From NCBI GenBank assembly GCA_965373035.1, contig CBDVEP010000003.1, positions 1 through 58,138 on the forward strand: 58,138 nt of DNA, given 5' to 3'. The DNA comes from an uncultured bacterium (GTDB lineage Bacteria > Spirochaetota > JAHITG01). A model generated the notes under the pieces. It did not search any database. It was not told the origin of the DNA and was given only the letters and a program-made list of their open reading frames with translations. The position numbers and the translations under genes were made by a program. Below are positions 9,819-19,875 of the stretch, one piece after another. Positions within the stretch are counted from its first letter, which is position 1. Every line of letters begins with the position of its first letter.

Positions 9819-10763
9819 ATGAAAAGAAGATTATTTGTATTAGGCTATTTTGGTTATTATAATCTTGGTGATGATTTAATGCTTGAATTAATTAATCAGG
9901 ACAAGTTATCTACCTATGATATCCTTGTGTTAAGTAGAAGAAAATATTATAAATGTAAATTGAAATACATTAACAGGTATAATATAATAAAATATTTTTT
10001 TTCTATAAGAAAAAATGATATACTAATAAATTTAGGAGGTATTTTTCAGGATAAAACAGGAATCTTTAGTTTTATATACTATTTTTTTTTTAATTTTCTT
10101 TTTATTTTAAAAAAAGGAAAGATTGTTTTTTTAAATACAGATTTCCTGGATGTTAAAAAATGTCAATTTGCTGTTCATTTTTTATTAAAAAATAGTTCTT
10201 TAACTGTATTAAGGTCTAAGGTAGAGTATAATAAATTTAAAGGATTATATAATAATATTTATTATATACCTGATATGGTCTTTTTAACTTCTACTCATAA
10301 GTTTTTAAAAAGCAAATCTAAATATATATTAATATCCTTAAGAAAAAAGAAAAATATTGATGAAGTAATTCAGTTGTTCAGGAAAAATAATCAAACTACA
10401 AAATTTTTATTGATGAAGAATGAAAAAAGCATGATAAAAAAGTTAATACAATATGGTTTTAAAAAAAATATAGTTATTTATAATTATTTTAATAAAGAAA
10501 AGATTTTTTATTTAATTTTTAATGCAGATAAAATTATTACAATGAGATACCATGTAGGGATTTTAGGGCTGTTATGGAATAAAAAGATATGGATTATGGA
10601 TTCCAATAAAAAGATTATGATATTAAATAAAGATTATAAAGTTCCTTATTATAATAAGAAAAAAAATATTGATAAAACAATAAAAAGGGAGTATATTAAT
10701 GTAAAAGGTCTGTACTTGAAATGGGCTGATTTAATTGATAAAGTTAATAAAAAAGTTTTTTAA
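9819..10763 (+). CDS. Polysaccharide pyruvyl transferase, CsaB-like
   Basis: GYFGYYNLGDD, GGIFQDKTG and TMRYH motifs. Confidence 0.8.
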   Translation: MKRRLFVLGYFGYYNLGDDLMLELINQDKLSTYDILVLSRRKYYKCKLKYINRYNIIKYFFSIRKNDILINLGGIFQDKTGIFSFIYYFFFNFLFILKKGKIVFLNTDFLDVKKCQFAVHFLLKNSSLTVLRSKVEYNKFKGLYNNIYYIPDMVFLTSTHKFLKSKSKYILISLRKKKNIDEVIQLFRKNNQTTKFLLMKNEKSMIKKLIQYGFKKNIVIYNYFNKEKIFYLIFNADKIITMRYHVGILGLLWNKKIWIMDSNKKIMILNKDYKVPYYNKKKNIDKTIKREYINVKGLYLKWADLIDKVNKKVF

Positions 10764-10773
10764 CAACAATAAT

Positions 10774-11124
10774 ATGGAATGGATACCAGTTTTTTTAGGT
10801 GTACTTATAGCATTGGCATTTTATTTGTATTTTATCACTAAATTAAATGAAAAGGATAATAAATTAAAGCAGGCGGATATTGAGATTGAAGAAAAAGAAG
10901 AGAAAAAAGAAACAGAAACTGACAAGTCATGGAAAAAATTAAAACAGCGATTTTGTCCATTATGCGGAACTTTTTTAGATAAACATGACAATTTATATGC
11001 TGAAATGTATGAAGGCAAGGAAAGACCAAAAGTTATAATACATGGCTGCCGATATTGTTATATGCCAAAGAAGTCTGAATCTGTTCAAAAAGCCACAGAG
11101 TCACAAAGACACAGAGCAATTTAA
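10774..11124 (+). CDS. Small membrane-anchored protein with a Zn-finger-like Cys cluster
   Basis: N-terminal TM helix; CPLC...GCRYC. Likely start is MEWI. Confidence 0.65.
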   Translation: MEWIPVFLGVLIALAFYLYFITKLNEKDNKLKQADIEIEEKEEKKETETDKSWKKLKQRFCPLCGTFLDKHDNLYAEMYEGKERPKVIIHGCRYCYMPKKSESVQKATESQRHRAI

Positions 11125-11239
11125 AGAACTATTTTAAAGTTTTATTAGTGCTTATGGCGATTATTTATTTTATGTTTATAATTTTTTATTCAATTTATAA
11201 ATTAAAATATTTTCTCTGTGTCTTTGTGACTCTGTGGCT
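11091..11239. repeat. Inverted repeat built from tandem ~8-nt units (same family as 9667-9790)
   Basis: Perfect 26-bp inverted repeat: agccacagagtcacaaagacacagag (11091-11116) and ctctgtgtctttgtgactctgtggct (11214-11239). Confidence 0.9.
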
Positions 11240-11288
11240 AATTTTTTAGATAGTTTTGCTATAAAAATAAAAAAAGGAGAGAAAAAAA

Positions 11289-12704
11289 ATGAAGATTATG
11301 AATAAGCGGGAACGGTTAATATGGATTATAGCTTTATCTATTATAATTATTTTATGGGTTTTAACTGAAACTAATTTACTGCAATTAAGTAAAGCAAATA
11401 ATAAATTATATAAAAATTTACGAGTTTTTAATGAAGTATTAAGTTTGCTTGAGGTCAGTTATGTTGACCCACCTGATATGGAAAAGATGATATATGGTGC
11501 TATTGATGGAATGCTTGGCTCTTTGGATGATCCATATACCAGATTTATGAGAAAAGAAGGATATAATGATTTGAAAATAGAAACAGAAGGAAAATTTGGA
11601 GGAATTGGTTTTGTTATTACTAAAAGAGAAGGCTGGCTTACTATAGTAGCTCCGATTGATGATACCCCGGCAAGCAGAGCTGGTCTTTTGCCAAATGATA
11701 AAATTGTAAAAATAGAAAATGAGTCAACAAAAGATATGGATTTAAATAAGGCTGTTTCTAAATTAAGAGGAAAACCAGGGACATATGTAATAATTTGGAT
11801 TCAAAGGAATGATAATCCTGATTTGATAAAAAATAAAATTAAGCGCGAAATTATCAAGATAGAAAGTGTTTTTTCAAAAATTTTTAATTATAAGAATAAA
11901 CAGTTAGGATATATTAAGGTGAAGACTTTTGGAGAAAATACATATGCTCATCTGCAGAAAGCAGTTAAAAAGTTTGATTCAGAAAAACTAGATGGAGTTA
12001 TATTAGATTTAAGAAATAATCCTGGAGGACTTCTTTATGCAGCTTATAAAGTAGCAGATTTGTTTTTGGATAAAGGGATGGTTGTATATACTAAAGGAAG
12101 AATAGAGGATCAAAACAAAGAGTATTATGCATCTTCACTTGATTATTGCCATGATATTCCAATGTGTATACTGGTAAATGGCGGCTCAGCATCTGGTTCA
12201 GAAATAGTTGTTGGTGCATTAAAAGATAACAAGCGGGCAATTATTATTGGTAGTAAAACTTTTGGTAAAGGTTTGGTTCAAACTGTTAGAGAATTAGGAG
12301 AGGGTCTTGCTGTGGCAATTACTACTGCCAGGTATTATACTCCTTCAGGTGTGTGTATACACAAAAAAGGAATAAAACCAAATGTTGAGGTTGATTTTCC
12401 AAAGACGACTTCTAAAGAGATTAAAGATGCAGAGAAGATTATAAAGGGGAAATATATAGATATATTTACCCAAAAACATAAGAATTTTTTAAAAATGGAT
12501 AAAAAGCAGCAGAAAGAAAAACTTAATAGTTTAATGAAAAAGTTAAATTCTGAGGGTATTAATGCCGATTATAAATTAGTAAGGCGATTGGTTAAGGTAA
12601 AGTTTTATGAAATTAAAGGCATGAATGAAGCTATTCTTGATTTAGAAGATGATGTACAGTTGAAAAAGGCAGTGGAGATTTTAAATATTACTGATAGAAT
12701 GTAG
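11289..12704 (+). CDS. ctpA: S41 family C-terminal processing protease
   Basis: LDDPYT, PDZ domain, LDLRNNPGG, SASGSE and TFGKG motifs. Confidence 0.95.
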   Translation: MKIMNKRERLIWIIALSIIIILWVLTETNLLQLSKANNKLYKNLRVFNEVLSLLEVSYVDPPDMEKMIYGAIDGMLGSLDDPYTRFMRKEGYNDLKIETEGKFGGIGFVITKREGWLTIVAPIDDTPASRAGLLPNDKIVKIENESTKDMDLNKAVSKLRGKPGTYVIIWIQRNDNPDLIKNKIKREIIKIESVFSKIFNYKNKQLGYIKVKTFGENTYAHLQKAVKKFDSEKLDGVILDLRNNPGGLLYAAYKVADLFLDKGMVVYTKGRIEDQNKEYYASSLDYCHDIPMCILVNGGSASGSEIVVGALKDNKRAIIIGSKTFGKGLVQTVRELGEGLAVAITTARYYTPSGVCIHKKGIKPNVEVDFPKTTSKEIKDAEKIIKGKYIDIFTQKHKNFLKMDKKQQKEKLNSLMKKLNSEGINADYKLVRRLVKVKFYEIKGMNEAILDLEDDVQLKKAVEILNITDRM

Positions 12705-12848
12705 GTAAGGGTATCTTGAAAAACTTCTTATTTTTTATTTAAATGTGGTTTTTCAAGGTATTAATGCTCTGTATGGGAATGACATTATATAGTAAATCGA
12801 TGTTTCCATAAATTACATTATTTTTTTGATTTTTTTTAGGAAAAAGAT

Positions 12849-14024
12849 GTGACCATTAGAATACGAAAAAAGAAAAATAAAAAGAATGGAGTAAGTCTTT
12901 TAATATTAGTAGGTATAATTATTTTATTCTTTTTTTTTTCAGGTTTAATTAAATATACCTCATGTTTTAATTATAGAAATGATGGTATAAAAAATGTTCT
13001 TTCACAATTAAAAAATCATTATGAAGTAAAGCAGAAAAATAATGAAATTGTATTAATAGCTAATGGTTTTAAACAGATAAAGGATATATTAACTGAAATA
13101 GAGGATATTATTTCCAATGAAAATGGTCTTATTACTGATTATGAGATTAGAAAAAAACAATCTCATATAGTGTTAATGCTTTTTGTAAAACTCAATAAGG
13201 ATAATAATATTTATAAGATAATTGTGACAAAACAGTTCTCAGCTACAGGACAATTTCAAAAACCAATTTTATTTCCTGAAATAGAAAATTCAACTGGACC
13301 GAAATTATGCATTATTATTGATGATGCCGGGTATAATAATCCATCAACATATCAATTTGTTAAATTACCCATAAAAATGGGAATTGCTGTTTTACCTTTT
13401 TTAAAAAATTCGAAAAAAATAGCCGGATTAATTAAAGTAAATAATAAAGAAGTTTTGCTTCATATGCCCATGGAACCTGAAAATTACAGATCCCGTCAAA
13501 TTAAATTGTTTAAAAAAGAGATTTTAACATCTATGTCTGATTTTCAGATTAATAAAACTGTGGATGAGATGCTGAATAATATTCAATATGCGGCAGGCAT
13601 AAATAATCACCAGGGCAGTATGGCTACATCAGACAGACGGGTAATGACTGCTGTTTTGAAAAAAGTTAAAAGAACAAAGCTTTTTTTTATTGATAGTTTA
13701 ACCAGTAAAAAAAGTGTAACAAAAGGCATAGCAAAAGTCTTAGAAGTAAACTATGGTATAAGGGATGTTTTTTTAGATAATAAGGACAATTATAAATATA
13801 TAGAAAAACAAATGAAGCAATTAATAACAATTGCTCAAAAGAGAGGAAAGGCTATTGGGATTGGTCATATAGGAAAAAAGAATACTTATAAAGTAATAAA
13901 AGATTATATTTCTGTTATACAATCAAAAGGAATTGAGATGGTTTATCCATCTGAAATTATAATAAATTTTAAAGACAAGGAGGTATCAAAAAATGTTACG
14001 GAAAACATTAATAATATTAATTAG
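12849..14024 (+). CDS. Divergent polysaccharide deacetylase family protein
   Basis: IIIDDAG, LHMPMEP, NNHQGS, FIDSLT, RDVFLD and AIGIGH motifs. Confidence 0.9.
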   Translation: MTIRIRKKKNKKNGVSLLILVGIIILFFFFSGLIKYTSCFNYRNDGIKNVLSQLKNHYEVKQKNNEIVLIANGFKQIKDILTEIEDIISNENGLITDYEIRKKQSHIVLMLFVKLNKDNNIYKIIVTKQFSATGQFQKPILFPEIENSTGPKLCIIIDDAGYNNPSTYQFVKLPIKMGIAVLPFLKNSKKIAGLIKVNNKEVLLHMPMEPENYRSRQIKLFKKEILTSMSDFQINKTVDEMLNNIQYAAGINNHQGSMATSDRRVMTAVLKKVKRTKLFFIDSLTSKKSVTKGIAKVLEVNYGIRDVFLDNKDNYKYIEKQMKQLITIAQKRGKAIGIGHIGKKNTYKVIKDYISVIQSKGIEMVYPSEIIINFKDKEVSKNVTENINNIN

Positions 14025-14919
14025 TTTATTGCTCCTGTCATCTGGTGTATTTGCACAGGCAGAGGAGACGGAAGGTACAAAGAAATCACCACAAACTAAA
14101 AAAAATGGCAACAATGGTGTTGGCAAACTAGAAGAAAAAATGTTAATTGATTTTGCTGATTTACCGGAAGCACTGGCTATGGATAGATGGAATATCAAAT
14201 TATCCGGATATTCTGATAATGCATTCAGCCGTCAGCATTCTATGTTGCAGTTAGTTGATGTTGATTCAACTAAACTTGAAACAGATATTAAATTTAACAA
14301 ATGCCTTGGAATAAGAATTCATTTTGAATATTCTCATGCTAATGACTGGGCACAGATTAAAACAAGAATTCCTCTTGACCCTTATTATTCAAAGGAAGGT
14401 GAGGGTATTTTATTGAATACCGGTCCAATAAAGTCTATTTCTATGTGGGTAGCAGGAAGAAATTTTAAAAATTCTATAGAAGTTCGTATGGTTGATCAAA
14501 ATGGAAAATTTAAAAGTATAAATTTTGGTAGTTTATTTTTCAGGGGCTGGCGAAGATTATCATGGGAAAATCCTGATTATATTAAGGATATTAAGAAGCG
14601 TGATATTGTTAAAGAACATTTATATCCTCGTTTTGCACCTTATTTAAAACTGGATAGCATTGTAATTTACAAATCCCATCAGGAATCAGGTGGTGATTTT
14701 GTTACCTATATTAAAGATATTCGTGTTGAATATGAGCCTGCATTAATGGCTATTGAAGCAGCAATTGATGATGAAGGAGCCTGGCATATTCAGGAAACAA
14801 AAGCACGCCTGCAGAAAGAAAAACTGGATAAGTTTTATGATATTTATTTTTCTGGTTCTTCCTATGAAGAACAATATCTTAAGGATAAAGCAAAAGATAA
14901 GGCAAGGCTTACACAATAA
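13993..14919 (+). CDS. flaA: Flagellar filament outer-layer (sheath) protein FlaA
   Basis: Signal peptide; LGIRIHF, IKSISMWVAGRN, GSLFFRGWRRLSWENPDYI and DFVTYIKDI motifs. Confidence 0.85.
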   Translation: MLRKTLIILISLLLLSSGVFAQAEETEGTKKSPQTKKNGNNGVGKLEEKMLIDFADLPEALAMDRWNIKLSGYSDNAFSRQHSMLQLVDVDSTKLETDIKFNKCLGIRIHFEYSHANDWAQIKTRIPLDPYYSKEGEGILLNTGPIKSISMWVAGRNFKNSIEVRMVDQNGKFKSINFGSLFFRGWRRLSWENPDYIKDIKKRDIVKEHLYPRFAPYLKLDSIVIYKSHQESGGDFVTYIKDIRVEYEPALMAIEAAIDDEGAWHIQETKARLQKEKLDKFYDIYFSGSSYEEQYLKDKAKDKARLTQ

Positions 14920-14922
14920 TTC

Positions 14923-15942
14923 ATGATCGTTATAGGAATAGAAACATCCTGTGACGAAACAGCAATAGGTATTGTCAGGGATGGGAAGGAAATTTTAGCT
15001 AATGTTATTTCAACCCAGATAAAAGAACATAAAAAGTTTTCAGGCGTGGTGCCGGAAGTCGCATCACGCCTGCATCTTCAAAATATAAATTATGTTTTTA
15101 AAAAAGCTCTCCTGGAATCTAAAATTTCTCCTGAGCAAATAGATTTAATAGGAGTCGTTAATCAGCCTGGTCTTATTGGCTGCCTTATGATTGGAGCCAG
15201 TTTTGCCAAAACACTTTCCTTAAAATTAAAAAAGCCGGTTATAACAGTTAATCATCTTATTGCTCATTTGTATTCTAATTTTTTAAAAAAGAATATTCCA
15301 ACTTTTCCATATATTAGTTTAATAGTATCCGGGGGTCATACTTTATTACTGCTCGTAAATTCTCATTATGATTATAAAATAGTTGGTACTACTTTAGATG
15401 ATGCCGTAGGAGAATCATATGATAAAATCGCAAAATTACTTCATTTAGAATATCCAGGTGGACCGATTATTGATAAAATATGTAAATTTTATAAAGGAAA
15501 TTATATAGAATTTACACCTGGATTAAAAAATAGTAAAAAAAACAAGTATAACTTTAGTTATAGTGGCTTAAAAACAGGAGTTATGTATTATGTTAAAAAA
15601 AATCCAGATTATAAAATAAAGAAAGTATTAAAGGGTTTTCAAACAGCAGCAATAAAGGTTTTATTTGAAAAAACAATTAAGTTATCAATGGAAACAGGTA
15701 TTAATGAGATAGTTGTTGCAGGTGGAGTAGCTTCAAATTCATATTTAAGAGAACTTTTTTTAAATGAAAAAAAGTTTAATGTTCATATCCCTGAACCTAT
15801 ATTATGTACAGATAATGGGGTAATGGTAGCCTGCTGTGCTTATTATAAAAGCAAGTTGAATAAATATGACAGGCTTGATTTTGATGTGTTTTCAAAACCA
15901 AAAGGAGGCCCAATGGCTTATCTGGAGAAGAATTTATGTTAA
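14923..15942 (+). CDS. tsaD: tRNA N6-adenosine threonylcarbamoyltransferase
   Basis: GIETSCDETA, GVVPEVASR, HLIAH, VSGGHT, DDAVGE and TDNG motifs. Confidence 0.97.
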   Translation: MIVIGIETSCDETAIGIVRDGKEILANVISTQIKEHKKFSGVVPEVASRLHLQNINYVFKKALLESKISPEQIDLIGVVNQPGLIGCLMIGASFAKTLSLKLKKPVITVNHLIAHLYSNFLKKNIPTFPYISLIVSGGHTLLLLVNSHYDYKIVGTTLDDAVGESYDKIAKLLHLEYPGGPIIDKICKFYKGNYIEFTPGLKNSKKNKYNFSYSGLKTGVMYYVKKNPDYKIKKVLKGFQTAAIKVLFEKTIKLSMETGINEIVVAGGVASNSYLRELFLNEKKFNVHIPEPILCTDNGVMVACCAYYKSKLNKYDRLDFDVFSKPKGGPMAYLEKNLC

Positions 15943-16193
15943 GATACTTTTTTTGCCTTTTCTATAAGATCAATTAAAGAGGTGATTTTGGGTTGTGCTG
16001 GTTTAAAGATATTTTGAATTTCTTCTTTTGAATAAAATTTATTAATAAAAGTCTCTATAGGGATTTTTTTAAACCAGCAATCAAGTATTTTTATACAGGG
16101 AAATTCCATATGCTCAGTGCGGCAGTATAAAAAAGGAACAAAATGCCCTAATTTTCTACAGTATATTTGTCTTTTATCAAATTTTTTTTTCAT
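15939..16193 (-). CDS. Small Cys-containing hypothetical protein
   Basis: 84-aa ORF with a CRKLGH...YCR...PC...DCW pattern. Confidence 0.6.
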   Translation of the reverse strand: MKKKFDKRQIYCRKLGHFVPFLYCRTEHMEFPCIKILDCWFKKIPIETFINKFYSKEEIQNIFKPAQPKITSLIDLIEKAKKVS

Positions 16194-16267
16194 AATTTAT
16201 TTAAGTGTATAGGAAATGGATTAATTTTTAAAAAGTGATATTTTTTTTAAAAATTGTTTAATAATTA

Positions 16268-16380
16268 AAGATTGAAGGATTCAAGTGGTCAAGGATTCGA
16301 GGATTCAAGTAAGGGTAAAGTATATTAGGGTTTTAGTGTATTTTCACTTGAACCCTTGAATCCCAGAATCCTAGAACCCT
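16268..16380. repeat. Inverted repeat built from tandem ~8-nt units (ggattcaa / ttgaatcc)
   Basis: gaaggattcaagtggtcaaggattcgaggattcaagt pairs with acttgaacccttgaatcccagaatcctagaaccct; directly 3' of trpB2. Confidence 0.8.
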
Positions 16381-16385
16381 TATTT

Positions 16386-17777
16386 TTACCATTTTCCTGA
16401 TTTTTTAATTTCAGGTTTGGGTAATCCTTCAATTGCTTTAAGTGAGTGTTCCATTTCTTCTTCTGGTAAAGGATAATCATGAAGATGACCTTCTAAAAAG
16501 GCTTCATATCCATTAAGGTCCATAAGTCCATGACCACTCATATTAAAAAGAATAACCTTTTCTTTGGCTTCTTCTTTTGCTTTTTTTGCTTCCTGAATGA
16601 CTGTTGCAATAGCATGGCTTGTTTCAGGTGCACATATTATTCCTTCTGTTTTTGCAAATAATAAAGCAGCTTCATAGGTTTCCATCTGATGGATAGCTCT
16701 TGGAGTAAGCAGTCCTTCAAGAATTGCCTGACTTACTAATGGTGCCATACCATGATATCTTAATCCGCCTGCATGAATAGCAGGAGGTATAAAATCATGT
16801 CCAAGAGAATACATTGGTAATAAAGGTGTCATTTTTGCTGTATCCCCATGATCATATACAAATGGAGCACGTGTCATAGTAGGACATGAGGTTGGTTCTA
16901 CAGGAATTATATCTATTTGAGCACCATTTATTTTATCATTTACAAATGGGAATGATAATCCTGCAAAATTACTTCCACCACCGGCACATCCTATAACAAC
17001 ATCAACTTTTTTTTCATTGATTTTTTCAAGCTGTTTTTTTGCTTCCAGTCCAATAATAGTCTGATGAAGCAGTACATGATTTAACACACTTCCTAAAGCA
17101 TATCGTGTTTTTCCACTTTTATCTGTTACAGCTTCTTCTATAGCTTCGCTGATAGCAATACCAAGACTGCCAGGAGTGTCTGGGATTTTATCAAGGATAT
17201 TTCTACCTGCCTGAGTTTCTTCGCTTGGGCTTGCTATACAATTTGCACCCCATGTATTCATCATAGTTTTTCTAAAGGGTTTTTGATCAAAACTAATTCT
17301 AACCATATATACTTTTATTTCCAGACCAAGAAGAGCCCCGGCAAAAGCAAGAGCACTACCCCATTGTCCTGCTCCTGTTTCAGTTGTAATTTTTTTAATA
17401 CCGAATTCTTTATTATACCATGCTTGTGCTACTGCTGTATTAGGCTTATGACTTCCTGGAGGTGATATACTTTCATTTTTATAATAAATTTTAGCTGGTG
17501 TATCTAATGCTTTTTCCAGGTAAATTGCACGATGCAGGGGAGATGGACGCCATCTATACAGAATTTCAAGAATACCCTCAGGAATATCTATCCACCTTTC
17601 CTGGCTGACTTCCTGTTCAATCAGATTCATAGGAAAAACAGGAGCCAGCATATCAGGTGAAATAGGCTTTCCATCCGGACCTAATGGTGGATTTAAAGGT
17701 GTTGGAAGATCAGCAGCAAGATTATACCATTTTTTTGGTATTTCATTTTCATTTAAAAAAATTTTTACTTCTGACAT
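16386..17777 (-). CDS. trpB2: TrpB2-type PLP-dependent tryptophan synthase beta-like protein
   Basis: [11 protein letters not shown] lysine, [15 protein letters not shown] and HAGGLRYHG motifs; no trpA nearby. Confidence 0.93.
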   Translation of the reverse strand: MSEVKIFLNENEIPKKWYNLAADLPTPLNPPLGPDGKPISPDMLAPVFPMNLIEQEVSQERWIDIPEGILEILYRWRPSPLHRAIYLEKALDTPAKIYYKNESISPPGSHKPNTAVAQAWYNKEFGIKKITTETGAGQWGSALAFAGALLGLEIKVYMVRISFDQKPFRKTMMNTWGANCIASPSEETQAGRNILDKIPDTPGSLGIAISEAIEEAVTDKSGKTRYALGSVLNHVLLHQTIIGLEAKKQLEKINEKKVDVVIGCAGGGSNFAGLSFPFVNDKINGAQIDIIPVEPTSCPTMTRAPFVYDHGDTAKMTPLLPMYSLGHDFIPPAIHAGGLRYHGMAPLVSQAILEGLLTPRAIHQMETYEAALLFAKTEGIICAPETSHAIATVIQEAKKAKEEAKEKVILFNMSGHGLMDLNGYEAFLEGHLHDYPLPEEEMEHSLKAIEGLPKPEIKKSGKW

Positions 17778-17895
17778 TATTCCCTCCTTAAAATAGTTTA
17801 TTGGTTTGTTTTTTACATAAATCGATAGCCTGAATATATATTTAATGCTAATTAATATATATAACTGGAAAATTAATTGTCAAATCATTTCTTTT

Positions 17896-18711
17896 TTAAA
17901 AAGACCCCATTAATTTTTTAACAAACTGGATATCCAGTTTATGCCCTGATTTATATATTAAAAAATGAGCACAAATGGGGCTGTGTAAAAAAGACAGGGC
18001 AGCAATAAAATCTAAAATTTTATGCCGAATACATTCATTCTTAAATCGTAATTTTTTATTTACCAGACCTGTTTCAGTCAGAACAACAGCATTATTTAAG
18101 TTGCCGCCTAAAGCCAGTCCTTTTTTTAGTAAGCTTTCTACTTCATTTAAAAATCCAAATGTTCGTGCTGGGGCAATATGTTTGATAAATGTTTTTTCAT
18201 TGATCTTGTCAAAAAAAATAGACTGATTACGCAATACTGGATGGGGAAAATTAATATGATAAGTTATTTTTAATTCATGAGAAGGTAATGCGATAATAAA
18301 TTTATTTTTTTGAATAAACTTTACAGGCTTTTTTAGAAATATTAAATGAAGTGGTTTATTTTGGGTATGTATTCCAGCTTTTTTAATAAGTTTAATAAAA
18401 GGTGCGGCACTGCCGTCCATAGATGGTATTTCATTATTATCAATATTGATAATCAAATTTGTTATACCAAGCATATATAAAGATGCTATTAGATGTTCAA
18501 TGGTTATTATATTTATTTCTTTTTTACTAATATTTATAGAGCGTACAGTATCTGTGACATTTTCAATAGAAAGAGGTATTTTGATTTTTTTAAACTGAAA
18601 TATAATTCCGGTATTAATGGGTGATGGCTGAAGCAATACATTAGTTTTTTTCCCGGAATGCAGCCCTATCCCTGAAAACGAGATGATTTTTTTAATTGTC
18701 TTTTGAAACAT
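17896..18711 (-). CDS. lpxC: UDP-3-O-acyl-N-acetylglucosamine deacetylase
   Basis: GIGLHSG, TIEHL, DGSA, IAPARTFGF, RHKILD and SGH motifs. Confidence 0.95.
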   Translation of the reverse strand: MFQKTIKKIISFSGIGLHSGKKTNVLLQPSPINTGIIFQFKKIKIPLSIENVTDTVRSINISKKEINIITIEHLIASLYMLGITNLIINIDNNEIPSMDGSAAPFIKLIKKAGIHTQNKPLHLIFLKKPVKFIQKNKFIIALPSHELKITYHINFPHPVLRNQSIFFDKINEKTFIKHIAPARTFGFLNEVESLLKKGLALGGNLNNAVVLTETGLVNKKLRFKNECIRHKILDFIAALSFLHSPICAHFLIYKSGHKLDIQFVKKLMGSF

Positions 18712-18801
18712 AGTTATTATATTATTACTTGTAAACTAATTTTCAAGAATAAAATATAAATTTTTAATTATCTCATTGTTGCAGCTAAAAGTGAAGAAAT
18801 T

Positions 18802-19871
18802 ATGCAGAAAGAGAAAGCTTTTTTAGTTAATTTTTATTATACTAATGAAGAGAGAGAATTTGCTGAAAATAATAAAAAAGAGCTGGAGTTACTTACTGAT
18901 ACAGCCGGATGTGATATAAAAAAATCAATTAATATTTTTTTAAAAAAAATTGATGCAGGGCATTTTTTATCAAAAGGTAAATTAGAAGATATTATGGAAC
19001 AAATAAATGGGGTTAATATCAATGTAATAATTATAAATGCAGAATTAAAACCAGTTCAAGTAAGAAATTTAGAAAATTATTTTAATACAAAAGTCATTGG
19101 AAGAACAGAATTAATATTTGATATATTTGCTCAAAGAGCTAAAACCAAAGAAGCAAAGATACAGGTTGAATTAGCACAATTAAAATATTTATTACCACGA
19201 TTGACTGGATATGGGGTATTAATGTCCCGTTTAGGCGGAGGTATTGGTACAAGAGGACCAGGCGAGAAAAAGCTTGAGTATGACAGGCGTCATATTTTAA
19301 ACAGGATTCATACACTTCAAAAAAAATTGAAACATATTGAAAAGCACAGAAGTGTAATATCCATGCATAGAAAATATAAAGTTGTCAGCCTTGTGGGATA
19401 TACAAATGCAGGAAAATCAACATTATTAAACAGTTTAACACAGGAAAAATTAAAAGTAGAAAACAGATTGTTCGTAACTTTAGATTCTACAATACGGAAA
19501 GTTTGCCTGAAAGAGCAAAAATATGTTTTAATGTCAGATACTATCGGATTTATTAAAAATTTGCCTCATGATATAGTTGCATCTTTTCATGCTACCTTAA
19601 AAGAGATACAGAATGCTGATTTAGTTTTACATATAGTTGATGTATCAGATAAAAATTATGAAGAAAAATAAATACAGTTAATAATGTTTTAATAGACTTG
19701 AATGTCGATTTAAATCAATCAATATTAGTATTTAATAAAATTGATAAATTAATGAATGAATCAATAAAAATTGTAGAAAATAAATATAAAAATTGTATAT
19801 TTATTTCAGGAAAGAAAAAAAATAATCTTGAAAAGCTAAAAGAATATATTTTATTTAGAATAGGAATATAA
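18802..19871 (+). CDS. hflX: GTPase HflX, frameshifted in this sequence
   Basis: GTRGPGE, GYTNAGKS and DTIGF motifs. After the A5 run at 19664-19668 the -1 frame continues ...ILVFNKIDK...FISGKK to TAA at 19871. Confidence 0.9.
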
Positions 19872-19875
19872 CTTT

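Noticed and set aside
12711-12761. Inverted repeat after ctpA as a mobile element
   Set aside because: Short, single-copy and compatible with an ordinary terminator-like hairpin.
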